Shown: in pieces, positions 46,914 to 55,191 of the stretch
Layout: each line of letters starts with the position of its first letter
Position numbering within the stretch: position 1 is the first letter of the stretch
From: a virus
Lineage: Duplodnaviria > Caudoviricetes
Virus record (IMG/VR): IMGVR_UViG_3300011113_000476
Location: 1-57,569 of that record
Direction: 5' to 3' (one strand)
Length of the DNA stretch: 57,569 nt
Notes under the pieces: model-generated
What the model saw: the letters and a program-made list of their open reading frames with translations, nothing else
What the model was told of the DNA's origin: nothing
The model's database searches: none
Translations under genes and position numbers: made by a program

Positions 46914-47774
46914 ATGCGTATCAATGAGATATTAACTGAAAGCCTAAGTCGTATAGCGTTTCATTACACCAGTAATAAAACAGCGTTATCCATTTTAACC
47001 TCTGGAGTCTTTCAATTAAGTAGCACCTTAGGTAGTGTAGAGCAACAGTATGCCCCCAAAGGACATCCTTATTTCTTAAGTACTACTAGAACTCGCCGCG
47101 GCGGATATCATAGAATAATAGGTCAACAAGCTACACTGTTTGTATTAGACGGTAATTGGTTTAATAATCATTATATTTCTAAACCCATGGATTACTGGGA
47201 AAATAGAAATCCATCACTACCTCATCACAGAGAACATGAAGCAGAAGATCGAGTATTCAGTAAAGAACCTGCGATATCAATCGAAGGTATATCTGCTGTA
47301 CATATGTATTGCGACCCCGAAGCAGACCCAGAAGTTAAAGCATGGACTCGACAAGCTTTAATCGTTGCTAAACGTAGAAATATTCCTGCCTATTTTTACA
47401 CAGACAAAGAAGCATGGAGAAACTTTGATACTCGTAAACAAGGTGATGTTTCTGTGCTGTCGGGGCAGGAAAAAACTGGCGGGCATATAAGTCGTCACAG
47501 AGGGTTTTTGATACCTTGGATGGAATTATTGCAAGCTAACGATAAATCACAATTAAGCAAACGTGCAGATCAATTACGCTATAATTTACAATACGGATAT
47601 GATAAAGAAAATGCTGTTCAAAGTTTAAACACGGATTTAAGCAATGCTCGCAAACCTAATGCTGGTGCAGATCGTAACAATGCGATTAGAATAATTAAAT
47701 TTATGCAACAAAATAATTTACCAACTATTAAAGATTTTGTTGAAGCACTAGCAAATAAATGGAAATCTAATTAA
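46914..47774 (+). CDS. Probable head-packaged protein; possible ADP-ribosyltransferase-like fold
   Basis: N-terminal MRINEILTE leader, 'FHYT', 'LSTTR' and 'HEAEDR' motifs, with TAAATA just upstream. Confidence 0.5.
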   Translation: MRINEILTESLSRIAFHYTSNKTALSILTSGVFQLSSTLGSVEQQYAPKGHPYFLSTTRTRRGGYHRIIGQQATLFVLDGNWFNNHYISKPMDYWENRNPSLPHHREHEAEDRVFSKEPAISIEGISAVHMYCDPEADPEVKAWTRQALIVAKRRNIPAYFYTDKEAWRNFDTRKQGDVSVLSGQEKTGGHISRHRGFLIPWMELLQANDKSQLSKRADQLRYNLQYGYDKENAVQSLNTDLSNARKPNAGADRNNAIRIIKFMQQNNLPTIKDFVEALANKWKSN

Positions 47775-48876
47775 AAAATTCTTTAACTTTATCAACAATA
47801 TATTCAGCTTCTGAATCTGTTACTTCTGGATAAATTGGCAAACTTAAACATTCTTGGCAAAAAGCACTGGCTTCTCTGTATAACTCTGCTGCATAGTTAA
47901 TATAGGGATAACCCACCGGATGTTCATACAACGGGGATTCATAATGTATTTTAGTTTCTACACCGTTAATTGCTAAATGATGTTTTAATCCATTTCTGTC
48001 ATTTAGTTTTATTACATATTTGTGCCATGCGTGAACAGTGCCTTCTGTGGTCTTTGGTATGTCGACATAATTGCATAATTCTGCGTTGTAGTATTCTGCA
48101 AGTTGTCGTCGACGACTTTGCCAAGAATCAAAATATTTAAGTTTAACTAACATCTGAGCGCAATCTGCCTCGCTCATTTTACTGTTAGTACCTGGGATTT
48201 CATGCCCGCTGGTTTTACCGTTGTCGCGCAGATCTCTGAGAGAATTGGCTATTTGTAAATCATCCGTCAATACCATGCCACCAGAACCATAGTTGGGCAA
48301 ATTTTTAGTAGGATCAAAACTCAGCACACTGATATCACCTAGTGCTCCGCTGGGTATTCCTTTATAAATAGCTCCGAAACTTTGTGCAGCATCTTCGATA
48401 ATTTTTAGATTCTGATTAAAGAAATCTGTGGTCATCCTAAATCTGTCCCAGTCGACTGTGTTGCCAAACAAGTTAACATACATGATACTTTGTACTCCAG
48501 TGCCCTTGAGAGCGTAGTCTAAACTTTCTAAATTTATTAATGCTTGATCATCCGTGTCGCACAATACTGGTTCGTTGCCGTTCAGTAATACACTGTTGAT
48601 AGTAGATACAAAGCTAATAGTGGGAATGAGAATTTTCGTATTCTCTAAGAATAAAACTTGTTGAGCAAATATCAAACCTTGACTACAACTGTTGACAGCA
48701 ACAGCATATCTACGATGACATCTTTTTGCAATCTGTCTTTCAAATTCTTTAGTATAGTTTCCATCCAGCACTTGACCTGTACTGTATACCTTGTCTGTTG
48801 TGTCTAGTATTTCTTTTCGTAAATTGGCGTATTGCCGTTTTACTCCAAAAAATGGAATTATAATTTTGACTTCCAA
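47767..48876 (-). CDS. DegT/DnrJ/EryC1/StrS PLP-dependent sugar aminotransferase
   Basis: 'IIEDAAQSFGA', 'SFDPTKNL..YGSGGMV', 'GTNSKM' and 'LSLPIYP'. Confidence 0.93.
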   Translation of the reverse strand: MEVKIIIPFFGVKRQYANLRKEILDTTDKVYSTGQVLDGNYTKEFERQIAKRCHRRYAVAVNSCSQGLIFAQQVLFLENTKILIPTISFVSTINSVLLNGNEPVLCDTDDQALINLESLDYALKGTGVQSIMYVNLFGNTVDWDRFRMTTDFFNQNLKIIEDAAQSFGAIYKGIPSGALGDISVLSFDPTKNLPNYGSGGMVLTDDLQIANSLRDLRDNGKTSGHEIPGTNSKMSEADCAQMLVKLKYFDSWQSRRRQLAEYYNAELCNYVDIPKTTEGTVHAWHKYVIKLNDRNGLKHHLAINGVETKIHYESPLYEHPVGYPYINYAAELYREASAFCQECLSLPIYPEVTDSEAEYIVDKVKEFFN

Positions 48877-49826
48877 AATTTACTTTCAGAAAACCAGTCA
48901 TGATATCGTTGAAAACCTTCTTCGACATCTACTGTAGGATTAAAACCAAAGTCGCTGCGAGCTGCATCTATGTTTAATGCACCCCTTGAAGGAAAATCTG
49001 CATCTTTGTCTCTGCATTCAATTGATCCCCGGCCTGCAATTTTTACTGCTAAATTTGCAGCATCTAGTAGACTATGACTGTGGCTTTTTGTGATGTTATA
49101 CGTTTTGTTAATAGCATTATTGCTTAACGTAGCCTGAACTATGCCTCTGGCTGCATCTTCAACGTAAGTAAAATCCAATGTTTCATTGGCTCCGTTGACT
49201 TTAAGAGTTTGTCCTCGCATTGCAGATAACATAAATTTAGATATTACCCGATCTTCAACATCATATTCACCATAAACAGCACTGGGTCGAATAATAACAT
49301 GATTAAAACATTTTCTTCGCGAATAATCAGAAACTAACCATTCACCCATTAATTTCATAATACCATATTGACCTTGTGGTTTACAGATAAAATCTTCTTT
49401 TACTTGATCGGTAAAATCTCCATATACCATACTGCTGCTAATATAAACAAATTTAGGAATTCGGCTAATTTTTGTTAGTTCTAATAGATTTACTAAAGCA
49501 GTGCTCATTACTTCACTGCCCCAAATTGGATTTTGATTAACTACTTTTTGTCTAGGAAAACTTGCCAAATGAATAACAGCATCACAGGTATACCCAAAAG
49601 TTTTAAAAACTGTTTCTAACTTCGAATAATCTCTGATATCTAAATGATGAACTGTACTGCGAATTCTATTTTGTCGAGCCTTAAACAAATACGCCAGTTC
49701 ATCTTTTTGTACGAACCCATAATCAGTGACACTGTCAATCACAAAACATTCATGACCCAACTGTTCTAATTGTCTTACAACATTGTGTCCTATGAACCCT
49801 GCACCACCCGTTATTAAAAATTTCAT
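48858..49826 (-). CDS. NAD-dependent nucleotide-sugar epimerase/dehydratase (extended SDR)
   Basis: 'ITGGAGFIG', 'SSSMVYG', YxxxK 'YGIMK' and 'DFTYVED'. Confidence 0.93.
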   Translation of the reverse strand: MKFLITGGAGFIGHNVVRQLEQLGHECFVIDSVTDYGFVQKDELAYLFKARQNRIRSTVHHLDIRDYSKLETVFKTFGYTCDAVIHLASFPRQKVVNQNPIWGSEVMSTALVNLLELTKISRIPKFVYISSSMVYGDFTDQVKEDFICKPQGQYGIMKLMGEWLVSDYSRRKCFNHVIIRPSAVYGEYDVEDRVISKFMLSAMRGQTLKVNGANETLDFTYVEDAARGIVQATLSNNAINKTYNITKSHSHSLLDAANLAVKIAGRGSIECRDKDADFPSRGALNIDAARSDFGFNPTVDVEEGFQRYHDWFSESKFWKSKL

Positions 49827-50065
49827 TTAACTCCCCATTTAAGATTAAAATATGTTAGATCTTTTTCTGTTAAATCCGCTACAATAACCACGCGAGTCGA
49901 AAAAGTATTATGATCCCATCCTGAATGCCACGAAGGGGTATTTACAGCATTGGCCATGACCCACTGTCCTTGTTCGCTCTTTTCCCATTTATACAAAGGA
50001 TCAGCAACATAAATTTCAAAGTCATCTACATCGCTCATTAAAAATTCATGTACTTTTATCTTCAT
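49823..50065 (-). CDS. Small hypothetical protein (F-x-LKW C-terminal family)
   Basis: 80 aa ending YFNLKWGVK, overlapping both neighbours. Confidence 0.7.
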   Translation of the reverse strand: MKIKVHEFLMSDVDDFEIYVADPLYKWEKSEQGQWVMANAVNTPSWHSGWDHNTFSTRVVIVADLTEKDLTYFNLKWGVK

Positions 50066-50693
50066 TTATTGCTTTTAAAATTTTTTGAGCATAAATCTGA
50101 TGTTGCTTTGGACCTGGATGCTGTTGATCATGTCCAACATCAATAAATGAATAGTTATGAATATCATATAACATAATGGCGTAATCTAAATTAGAAACAT
50201 AGTTATAAATTTTTAAATCGTACGACGGCGTATTACAGGGCATCGCGGCCAGAATAAATTTCGACGATATTTTTTTTAAAAAATTAAAAACTTGTTCTGT
50301 GCTAGAAATAGCATCATACATTAAATGATTGCTAACTAGTATTTGTTCTTGAAAATAATTTTTTATGTTTTTTGTGGAATTAAAATTATTTGTGTTTACA
50401 TGATGTAATATGTTAGATTCATCTAAGTATGGAAACCTTGAAACTCCTGTTAGTCCCCAAACTACTATATCATCTTTTCTTATATCAGATCTTAAAATCT
50501 GATCAGCAGCCCATCGAATTGATGATCCTGGTTGTGTTAAAAACGTCACAGGCAAATTCAATTTATCACTTAGCAGTTGCCCATATCTTTCATTACTATT
50601 TACACCACTTCCGTGGCTAAAACTGCATCCCACAATCCATAATTGAGCAGAGTCGGACTTACGTGATTCAGTTAAGTATAGAAAATTATTCAT
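50046..50693 (-). CDS. SGNH/GDSL-fold protein
   Basis: 'IVGCSFSHG', 'PGSS' and 'DQQHPG'. Confidence 0.65.
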   Translation of the reverse strand: MNNFLYLTESRKSDSAQLWIVGCSFSHGSGVNSNERYGQLLSDKLNLPVTFLTQPGSSIRWAADQILRSDIRKDDIVVWGLTGVSRFPYLDESNILHHVNTNNFNSTKNIKNYFQEQILVSNHLMYDAISSTEQVFNFLKKISSKFILAAMPCNTPSYDLKIYNYVSNLDYAIMLYDIHNYSFIDVGHDQQHPGPKQHQIYAQKILKAINEDKST

Positions 50694-51595
50694 ACTGCCA
50701 TATCTGCCTTGATGGCACCGTGACTTTGATAGTTGTGTAGCACAATATCACCCATGGTAAAGTCAGTGATTTTGTCTATGCCCGGACTTAGCAAAAGAGT
50801 AGGGGCAGGCAAGGGTTCACGTGATAATTGCTCTTTTACCTGGTCTACATGATTTAAGTATATGTGTGCATCTCCCAGTACATGAACAAACTCTCCGACT
50901 TGAAGACCACACACTTGCGCCACAAGATGTGTTAATAGGCTGTAACTTGCAATATTGAAAGGTACACCTAAAAACATGTCGCAACTTCTTTGATACATTT
51001 GGCAAGACAACTTCCCATCGGCAACATAAAACTGAGCAAAGCAGTGGCACGGTGGCAGGGCCATGGCTTCTAATTCGCCTGGATTCCATGCAGTTAGTAT
51101 ATGTCGTCTTCCGTGCGGGTCTGCTTTTATTCCATTAATTAATTCAGTGAGTTGATCGACTTCAACATTGATTAGATCATTATTTTCTGAGTTTAGTGTT
51201 CGCTCACTGGTGCGCCAGTGTCGCCATTGCACACCATAAACACGACCTAAGTCGCCTTCGTATTGCGGTCCTCGTGGGGGGAACTTTTTATATCTATTAG
51301 TCCAATAAGGTGCTGTGGCATTGGCAGACCAGATGGTTGTTTTTTCTGTGTGTTTGCTACCATGTAGAATCTCTCGCAAACGAGTTTCGTCCCCCGACCC
51401 TTCAATGAACCACAGCAATTCTGATACAACAGATTTCCATGCTAGTTTCTTAGTTGTTACAGCTGGAAATCCATGTTGTAAGTTGTAGCGTTGTTGCATA
51501 CCAAACACGCTAATAGTGCCAGTACCGGTCCGGTCGGATTTGTTAGTGCCGTTTTCGAGCACATATTTTAATGCATCTAAGTATTGTTGTTCCAT
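50690..51595 (-). CDS. thyA: Thymidylate synthase
   Basis: 'DRTGTGT', 'LPPCH', 'YQRSCDMFLGVPFNIASY' and 'GDAHIYLNH'. Confidence 0.97.
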   Translation of the reverse strand: MEQQYLDALKYVLENGTNKSDRTGTGTISVFGMQQRYNLQHGFPAVTTKKLAWKSVVSELLWFIEGSGDETRLREILHGSKHTEKTTIWSANATAPYWTNRYKKFPPRGPQYEGDLGRVYGVQWRHWRTSERTLNSENNDLINVEVDQLTELINGIKADPHGRRHILTAWNPGELEAMALPPCHCFAQFYVADGKLSCQMYQRSCDMFLGVPFNIASYSLLTHLVAQVCGLQVGEFVHVLGDAHIYLNHVDQVKEQLSREPLPAPTLLLSPGIDKITDFTMGDIVLHNYQSHGAIKADMAV

Positions 51596-51601
51596 GCATT
51601 A

Positions 51602-51630
51602 AGTATAATTTTATTGACGAAATATGTCAA
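51602..51630 (-). promoter_or_regulatory. Sigma70 promoter TTGACA-N17-TATACT directly upstream of thyA
   Basis: -35 at 51630-51625 and -10 at 51607-51602. The thyA ATG starts 7 nt after the -10. Confidence 0.75.
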
Positions 51631-52117
51631 TATTTTTATAAGTCATCCAACTACATTTTTTATCTAAACTGGTAGCAGCACTAGTAGCTCTGAATAAACT
51701 TAAATATTTTCGTAAGTCAATTTGTCGATCAGTTCTGAACTGACCTTTGAAATGAGTGATATGAACTTGATCTACTAGATCTCGAGTTTCCATTAAAATG
51801 TCGGGTCCGCCGATAATCCAAATTGTTTTTGTTGGATATGCATGTTGAATTTTACGAATATTTTCCTGCAGATCTCCACGGATAGTAGTAATGCCATAAC
51901 CAAAAATAGGTTTGTTTGTTGCTACATAATTTATTCTACCGGGCAAAGGCTTAGGCATCTTGGGATCGTCCCAAGTTTTTCTTCCCATGACGACAATGTC
52001 TCCCATGGTCTGTTCTTTGAAATATTGTAAATCTTCAGGATGGTGGGGCCACGGCAACGAACCGTTTAACCCCATTCCTCCCCAGTGATCTACAGCAAAA
52101 ATTGATTTAATTGTCAT
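51611..52117 (-). CDS. folA: Dihydrofolate reductase
   Basis: 'GMGLNGSLPW..PEDLQYFK..T', 'VMGRKTW', 'PLPGRINYV' and 'IIGG'. Confidence 0.95.
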   Translation of the reverse strand: MTIKSIFAVDHWGGMGLNGSLPWPHHPEDLQYFKEQTMGDIVVMGRKTWDDPKMPKPLPGRINYVATNKPIFGYGITTIRGDLQENIRKIQHAYPTKTIWIIGGPDILMETRDLVDQVHITHFKGQFRTDRQIDLRKYLSLFRATSAATSLDKKCSWMTYKNIDIFRQ

Positions 52118-52694
52118 ATTGTTTACAATTATTAAAATGATATCTTTGCATATTTACTCTACTACTTTTGCCACAATGTGGACAAGTTAGTATTGGGCGT
52201 TTTAAATTTGCTTCGGACATCTTTTTCTTAGTTTCTTCACTGCGAAGAACTCCTCGCATCGAATTACTCATTTTTATTTTTGTTTCTTCGGATGCTTTGT
52301 GACGTACTACCTTCTTCTGTGCAATACTCATTCTTTTACGCTGCTCGTCGGAATATTTTTTGCCTTTATGAGACTCTGACATTTTCTTACGTATAGATTC
52401 TGGTTGCGATCCGCCCATAAGCCCGTCTTCTTCTTTAAGGTTCGCCCACTCATTGGATTCTATTATGTTGTTAGTTTTAGAAAATTCTTTCGCAAATTCT
52501 ACTAGGCTTTCTTTAGTTTCGAATTTCTTGGCCCACGTAGTAGTAACATTATTGCCGTGTTTCTTGACATGACGAGTCCAATAAACACCGGAACCAATAT
52601 AAGTAAACGGATCCCTTATTGTTTTTCCGAAATATTTTAATCCTGTGATATTATGTTGTTTAATATATAGCCACGTAGGCTTATAAATACTCAT
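52107..52694 (-). mobile_element. Free-standing homing endonuclease-like gene (GIY-YIG/Seg-like with NUMOD3 repeats)
   Basis: N-terminal 'LYIKQHNITGLKYFGKT...YIGSG', four '(S/P)(E/D)...K.MS' NUMOD3-like repeats and a C-terminal CPHC zinc knuckle. Confidence 0.75.
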
Positions 52695-52710
52695 GCTGTT
52701 GTTTCTCCAA

Positions 52711-52769
52711 TAAACGATAGAGCAGTTGGGAACGCCAATTCCGCGAACTGCACTTTTATTTATCGTTTA
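52711..52769 (-). promoter_or_regulatory. Structured leader of the endonuclease gene with late-promoter box
   Basis: Outer stem TAAACGATA (52711-19)/TATCGTTTA (52761-69), inner stem GCAGTT (52722-27)/AACTGC (52746-51) with a GGAA/TTCC core. ATAAATA on the - strand at 52763-52757. GGAG SD just downstream. Confidence 0.55.
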
Positions 52770-52778
52770 AGTGACTTT

Positions 52779-53117
52779 TTACAGCTTACTCAATAACCTG
52801 TCTGTTTCTGGTTGTACTGTTTTTTCTACTAGATCGATGTCTACAAAAAAATCTACATTGTCTATGTATAGATCTAATTCTTCTAGTCTGCTAGAAACAT
52901 GTTTTTCTATTTCGTCGGGATCGGCGCCTTCGGCTATCAGTCTTTTAATATCCACTGTGACCATAGTGCCATCTTTAAGATATACCATAAGTTTTTCTAA
53001 AACATGTATAGGTACTTCTTTTTTCTCGACTTCTTTAAGTATGTTTCTCCAAGCAGTTTTTGTATTTAAATTAAGCTTCTTTGGCTTTGACTGTTTTTTT
53101 GGATTTTGTTGTGCCAT
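52779..53117 (-). CDS. Hypothetical protein
   Basis: 112-aa ORF collinear with the - strand block. Confidence 0.7.
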   Translation of the reverse strand: MAQQNPKKQSKPKKLNLNTKTAWRNILKEVEKKEVPIHVLEKLMVYLKDGTMVTVDIKRLIAEGADPDEIEKHVSSRLEELDLYIDNVDFFVDIDLVEKTVQPETDRLLSKL

Positions 53118-53757
53118 TTTTTGCTGCGGGACCGTTAAGTTTTAATGCTTCTTCTTGCAAACGAGCTGCTTCTGCTAACAATGCTTTGGCGTCCGATTGC
53201 AGCTTCTGTGCTTGAGCTAGACGTTGTGTGGCAAGGTCTTCGTCTGACAGCACATCATTAATACTTATGTTATTTGTAATCTGAGCAGGAGTACTGCGAG
53301 ATTCGCGCGGTGCTCGCACTTCGCCAGGTTCCAAGCCTTCGCGTACACGACGTTTGTTTATCATACCAGAATTTTTATCTAAATCAGCCAGGGCCTTGAC
53401 AGCTTCTTCGCCTTGTGACAACTTTGATAAAATTGAATTAAGTTCATCTAATCTTACAGTGCTTTTAGCATTTGGTGTAACGATAACTTGATTAGTCGGT
53501 ACTTTTTTAATCATGCCTTCTTTGTGTAAAGTTTCTAATGCATTGTTGCCATCTTGTAGTGTGTATCTAAATAGATAATCACTGAACTCTTTGGCCTGTT
53601 GTCCAGAATCGCTTTCCAGCGCAGTCATTACATCGTCATGGATATGACGGGGCAATGTATCAGGATATATGACCAAACACATATGCTCTTCTCCTGGTAC
53701 TGTTTTAAATAAAATAACACATTTTTTATTACTGTGTTTACCTACATGTTTAATCAT
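53071..53757 (-). CDS. Hypothetical protein with C-terminal coiled coil
   Basis: 228 aa with an AGGA SD upstream and an Ala/Gln/Glu-rich helical C-terminus. Confidence 0.75.
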   Translation of the reverse strand: MIKHVGKHSNKKCVILFKTVPGEEHMCLVIYPDTLPRHIHDDVMTALESDSGQQAKEFSDYLFRYTLQDGNNALETLHKEGMIKKVPTNQVIVTPNAKSTVRLDELNSILSKLSQGEEAVKALADLDKNSGMINKRRVREGLEPGEVRAPRESRSTPAQITNNISINDVLSDEDLATQRLAQAQKLQSDAKALLAEAARLQEEALKLNGPAAKNGTTKSKKTVKAKEA

Positions 53758-53766
53758 AATAAATCC

Positions 53767-53973
53767 TTATTGATTGGGGGTTTCTGTAGCGGCTGGCGCT
53801 GGTGCAATAACATTCAGATCGACTAAAAAGGCATATAGTGCCTGATATGCTGATCCGATTTCCGTAAATTCTTCAGGCCTGAATGCACCACGACTGCTGG
53901 CCAACTGCATACTAGATAAAATTGTAAGAAGTTCTTTAGAAGGAACTTGGACTTGTTTAGACTCAGTGCTCAT
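53767..53973 (-). CDS. Small hypothetical protein, probably late-expressed
   Basis: 68 aa with a GGAG SD and a 'SRGAFRPEE' motif. Confidence 0.7.
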   Translation of the reverse strand: MSTESKQVQVPSKELLTILSSMQLASSRGAFRPEEFTEIGSAYQALYAFLVDLNVIAPAPAATETPNQ

Positions 53974-53978
53974 TACTA

Positions 53979-54020
53979 CTCCGATGATATACAGTTATTT
54001 AACCTAGTATATCATCGAAG
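53979..54020 (-). promoter_or_regulatory. RBS-sequestering hairpin with TAAATA in the loop
   Basis: On the - strand: CTT-CGATGATATAC-TAGGTTAAATAACT-GTATATCATCG-GAG. An 11-bp perfect stem extends over the GGAG SD. Confidence 0.7.
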
Positions 54021-54049
54021 AAATTTTTTAGATTTAACCAGAGATATGG

Positions 54050-54322
54050 TTATTGTTGATAAACATTAAAGGAGTCTATCATCAGCATAAAATAACTGGC
54101 TTCGCTTTTGATTTCAAAAGCAGCACATTTACACAAAGTATTTTTATCGTCGTAAAAATCACCAAACCAAAATCTGCCGATTAGATTTTCGTAGATCCAA
54201 TCGGTGATATTTTTTTCACTGGTACGTAAATCGAAATGTACTTTTTCAAAATGCGGAGGACAATGGTCCGTCCTTCGCAGCCCGAACACATTCAAAGGAT
54301 TGATTTCACCGTACTTTAGCAT
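54050..54322 (-). CDS. Hypothetical protein
   Basis: Likely start ATG 54322 (MLKYGEINPLNV...), which shortens the overlap with the upstream gene. Confidence 0.65.
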   Translation of the reverse strand: MLKYGEINPLNVFGLRRTDHCPPHFEKVHFDLRTSEKNITDWIYENLIGRFWFGDFYDDKNTLCKCAAFEIKSEASYFMLMIDSFNVYQQ

Positions 54323-54776
54323 CAGTTTGATCCGCACATAGTTTACACACCAATTGAAACTGTTCGTAGGCTGCTCGCACACTTGCATGTTTCATCAATT
54401 TGTCGGCTTCTTCTTGTAGTGCCTTTAGTCCTGCTTCGGCAATATCGCGAGCACTATCGATATGTAAGGTAGCCAAATCATCGCCGAACTCTTTGGCAAG
54501 TTTATTCCATGCCTTGCGCTGTCCTTCTGTAACTAGTGTTCGTTGTGGGCGTAACTCGCTGGCTTTACGAACAGCTTGACTCATTGCATCTTCAGCAACA
54601 CGGGCCGCAGCAATTAGGGCCGCATAGTTAGGGTCAATATTATATCGCCGGCTTTGTCCGCCTGGGTAACACATAACAATATGATTACCTTTTGGAAAGC
54701 CATCCAACAACATCTGATCGTATTCGTACACAGGTTTATACCTGCGTCCAACTTTTTCGTAGAAAATCTTTTTCAT
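54306..54776 (-). CDS. Hypothetical protein
   Basis: 156 aa with ATGA coupling to the upstream gene. Confidence 0.7.
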   Translation of the reverse strand: MKKIFYEKVGRRYKPVYEYDQMLLDGFPKGNHIVMCYPGGQSRRYNIDPNYAALIAAARVAEDAMSQAVRKASELRPQRTLVTEGQRKAWNKLAKEFGDDLATLHIDSARDIAEAGLKALQEEADKLMKHASVRAAYEQFQLVCKLCADQTDAKVR

Positions 54777-55000
54777 TCAAATTGCTTAATTACTGTAGTC
54801 AATGCTTCAATTACACGAATGTTGATAGCAACATCTTCGGGGTGTAACCACTGACCGCCAGGGTTGGTGTCTGTTCGGGGATTCTTTTTCCACTCACTGA
54901 GTTCTTTTTTAAGAAAGCTACGATACTCTTTTAAGTTTAACAAAGTAATACGATCCGCAGCATCACCGTCTAGTGTAATAGGTCCAACTCTTTTGCTCAT
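54773..55000 (-). CDS. Hypothetical protein
   Basis: 75-aa ORF in the - strand block. Confidence 0.65.
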   Translation of the reverse strand: MSKRVGPITLDGDAADRITLLNLKEYRSFLKKELSEWKKNPRTDTNPGGQWLHPEDVAINIRVIEALTTVIKQFE

Positions 55001-55020
55001 AGTTTACTCGCTAAATTATT

Positions 55021-55191
55021 TTACAGAAACTCTTTGTCGTCTTCGTCTCGATAACGAGGAAGGCGATTCTTGTTTGATTTTTTATTGTTTAAATTTTTAT
55101 TCGACTTTTTATAAAAGTCATCTTCTGTCGCTCGATGTTTTTTGTTATAAAATTCATCTTCATCCATCGCATCGCGAAGATCAATTTTCAT
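55021..55191 (-). CDS. Small charged hypothetical protein not in the ORF track
   Basis: 56 aa, MKIDLRDAMDEDEFYNKK...DDKEFL. It fills the gap and overlaps the upstream gene's end. Confidence 0.55.
   Translation of the reverse strand: MKIDLRDAMDEDEFYNKKHRATEDDFYKKSNKNLNNKKSNKNRLPRYRDEDDKEFL

Noticed and set aside
50690-51595. thyA as a dCMP hydroxymethylase for DNA hypermodification
   Set aside because: It keeps the dUMP-specifying Asn (PFNIASY) and sits beside DHFR, so it looks like an ordinary thymidylate synthase. No base-modification enzyme was recognised in the window.
50690-52694. Group I intron or intein associated with thyA/DHFR
   Set aside because: Both genes are continuous and of normal length. 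The endonuclease is free-standing upstream of DHFR.
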